From positions 1,922,001 through 1,986,000 of the forward strand of contig NC_043003.1 in NCBI RefSeq assembly GCF_006345805.1: a stretch of 64,000 bases of DNA, given 5' to 3'. Position 1 is the stretch's first letter. The number at the start of each line of letters is the position of its first letter. The DNA comes from Octopus sinensis (lineage: Eukaryota). A program made the translations under genes and the position numbers. The notes under the pieces are model-generated. The model did no database searches. It saw only the letters and a program-made list of their open reading frames with translations, and had not been told where the DNA came from. Shown here in pieces: positions 63,251 through 64,000 of the stretch.

Positions 63251-64000
63251 TAGGGTGTGTAATATATTTGAGGACAGATTTATGGTTTATAGCAGATATA
63301 TAACATATAATAACTTTATTTATCAAAAAATGCTATGAGGATAAAAATAAACCTTCTTTTCTAGAATGTTATTCAATAAAGCCCCCTTCAGCTTCAACAA
63401 CTGCTTCTTTATGAGATCTAAATCATCTACATGCTCAAATCAAGTGGTCTTGGTTCATTTTGGACATTACTCTGACTATGGCAGCTGTCATAGAATCTTT
63501 GGTTTTTATGGATGTGTTCATTGACCTCTCTCTGAACATCATTCCACATGTAATAGTCCAATAGATTGAGATCTGAGGAATTAGAAGGCCAAATATCAGG
63601 GGTTATGTGATCACGAAAATTTTTCGCCATCCATTCCTGTGTTACTAGAGCCATGTCTGATAGTGCAGAGTCTTACTGAAACACGTATGGCCTTCCACTG
63701 CATACACTATTCAAGGCTTAACAATTATTTCCAGGACCTCAATATAGGCAGCAGAGTTAACTCTAAGGCCTTGTGGAAAGAAGTAAGGGGGCATCACATG
63801 TCCTTCATTGCTGACAACCCCTAAAACCATGACAGTTGCAGGAAATTTTGTATGCATAACACTTGGGACTTCAGAAGGGTCTGCACATAACCATGTCATT
63901 TCTTCTGTTAACTTTTTGATTTTGGTGAAAGTTTTTCTCGCTTGAGAAAAACCAAATCAAATCTTCTTCTGCTGGATTTTTTAGTTTGTTTAAGAGCCTT
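63251..64000 (-). mobile_element. Decayed Tc1/mariner-superfamily transposon (maT/DD37D-like), running off the window end
   Basis: TKFPATVMVLGVVSNEG..PPYFF..GLRVNSAAYIEVL and WPSNSSDLNLLDYYMW; contains stops and frameshifts. Confidence 0.85.

Noticed and set aside
63650-63695. CTGATAG..GAAACACGTA motif
   Set aside because: Antisense of transposase coding sequence with no stem II; coincidental.

Overview
AT-rich, repeat-dominated metazoan genomic DNA. The SINE families and microsatellite load suggest an octopus or other coleoid cephalopod; this is inference, not verified. Most ORFs in the track are microsatellite or SINE artefacts. Supportable content: (1) a six-exon minus-strand candidate host gene (37511 to 19856) encoding a ~288-aa type II membrane protein with a Ser/Thr-rich mucin-like ectodomain; (2) a full-length but frameshifted Tx1-like LINE inserted with a 13-bp TSD inside a tRNA-derived SINE, some copies of which share its 3' tail; (3) Penelope-like elements (RT plus GIY-YIG) and relics; (4) R4/Dong-like, RTE, Helitron, Tc1/mariner and hAT fragments and MITEs; (5) many hammerhead ribozyme motifs. 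The most notable observations are a repeat family whose hammerhead core strands lie in a non-circularly permuted order (four compensatory base-pair changes between two copies), a tRNA-headed SINE carrying a minimal hammerhead, and an apparent self-targeting Tx1/SINE partnership. All alignments, translations and folds were done by eye.
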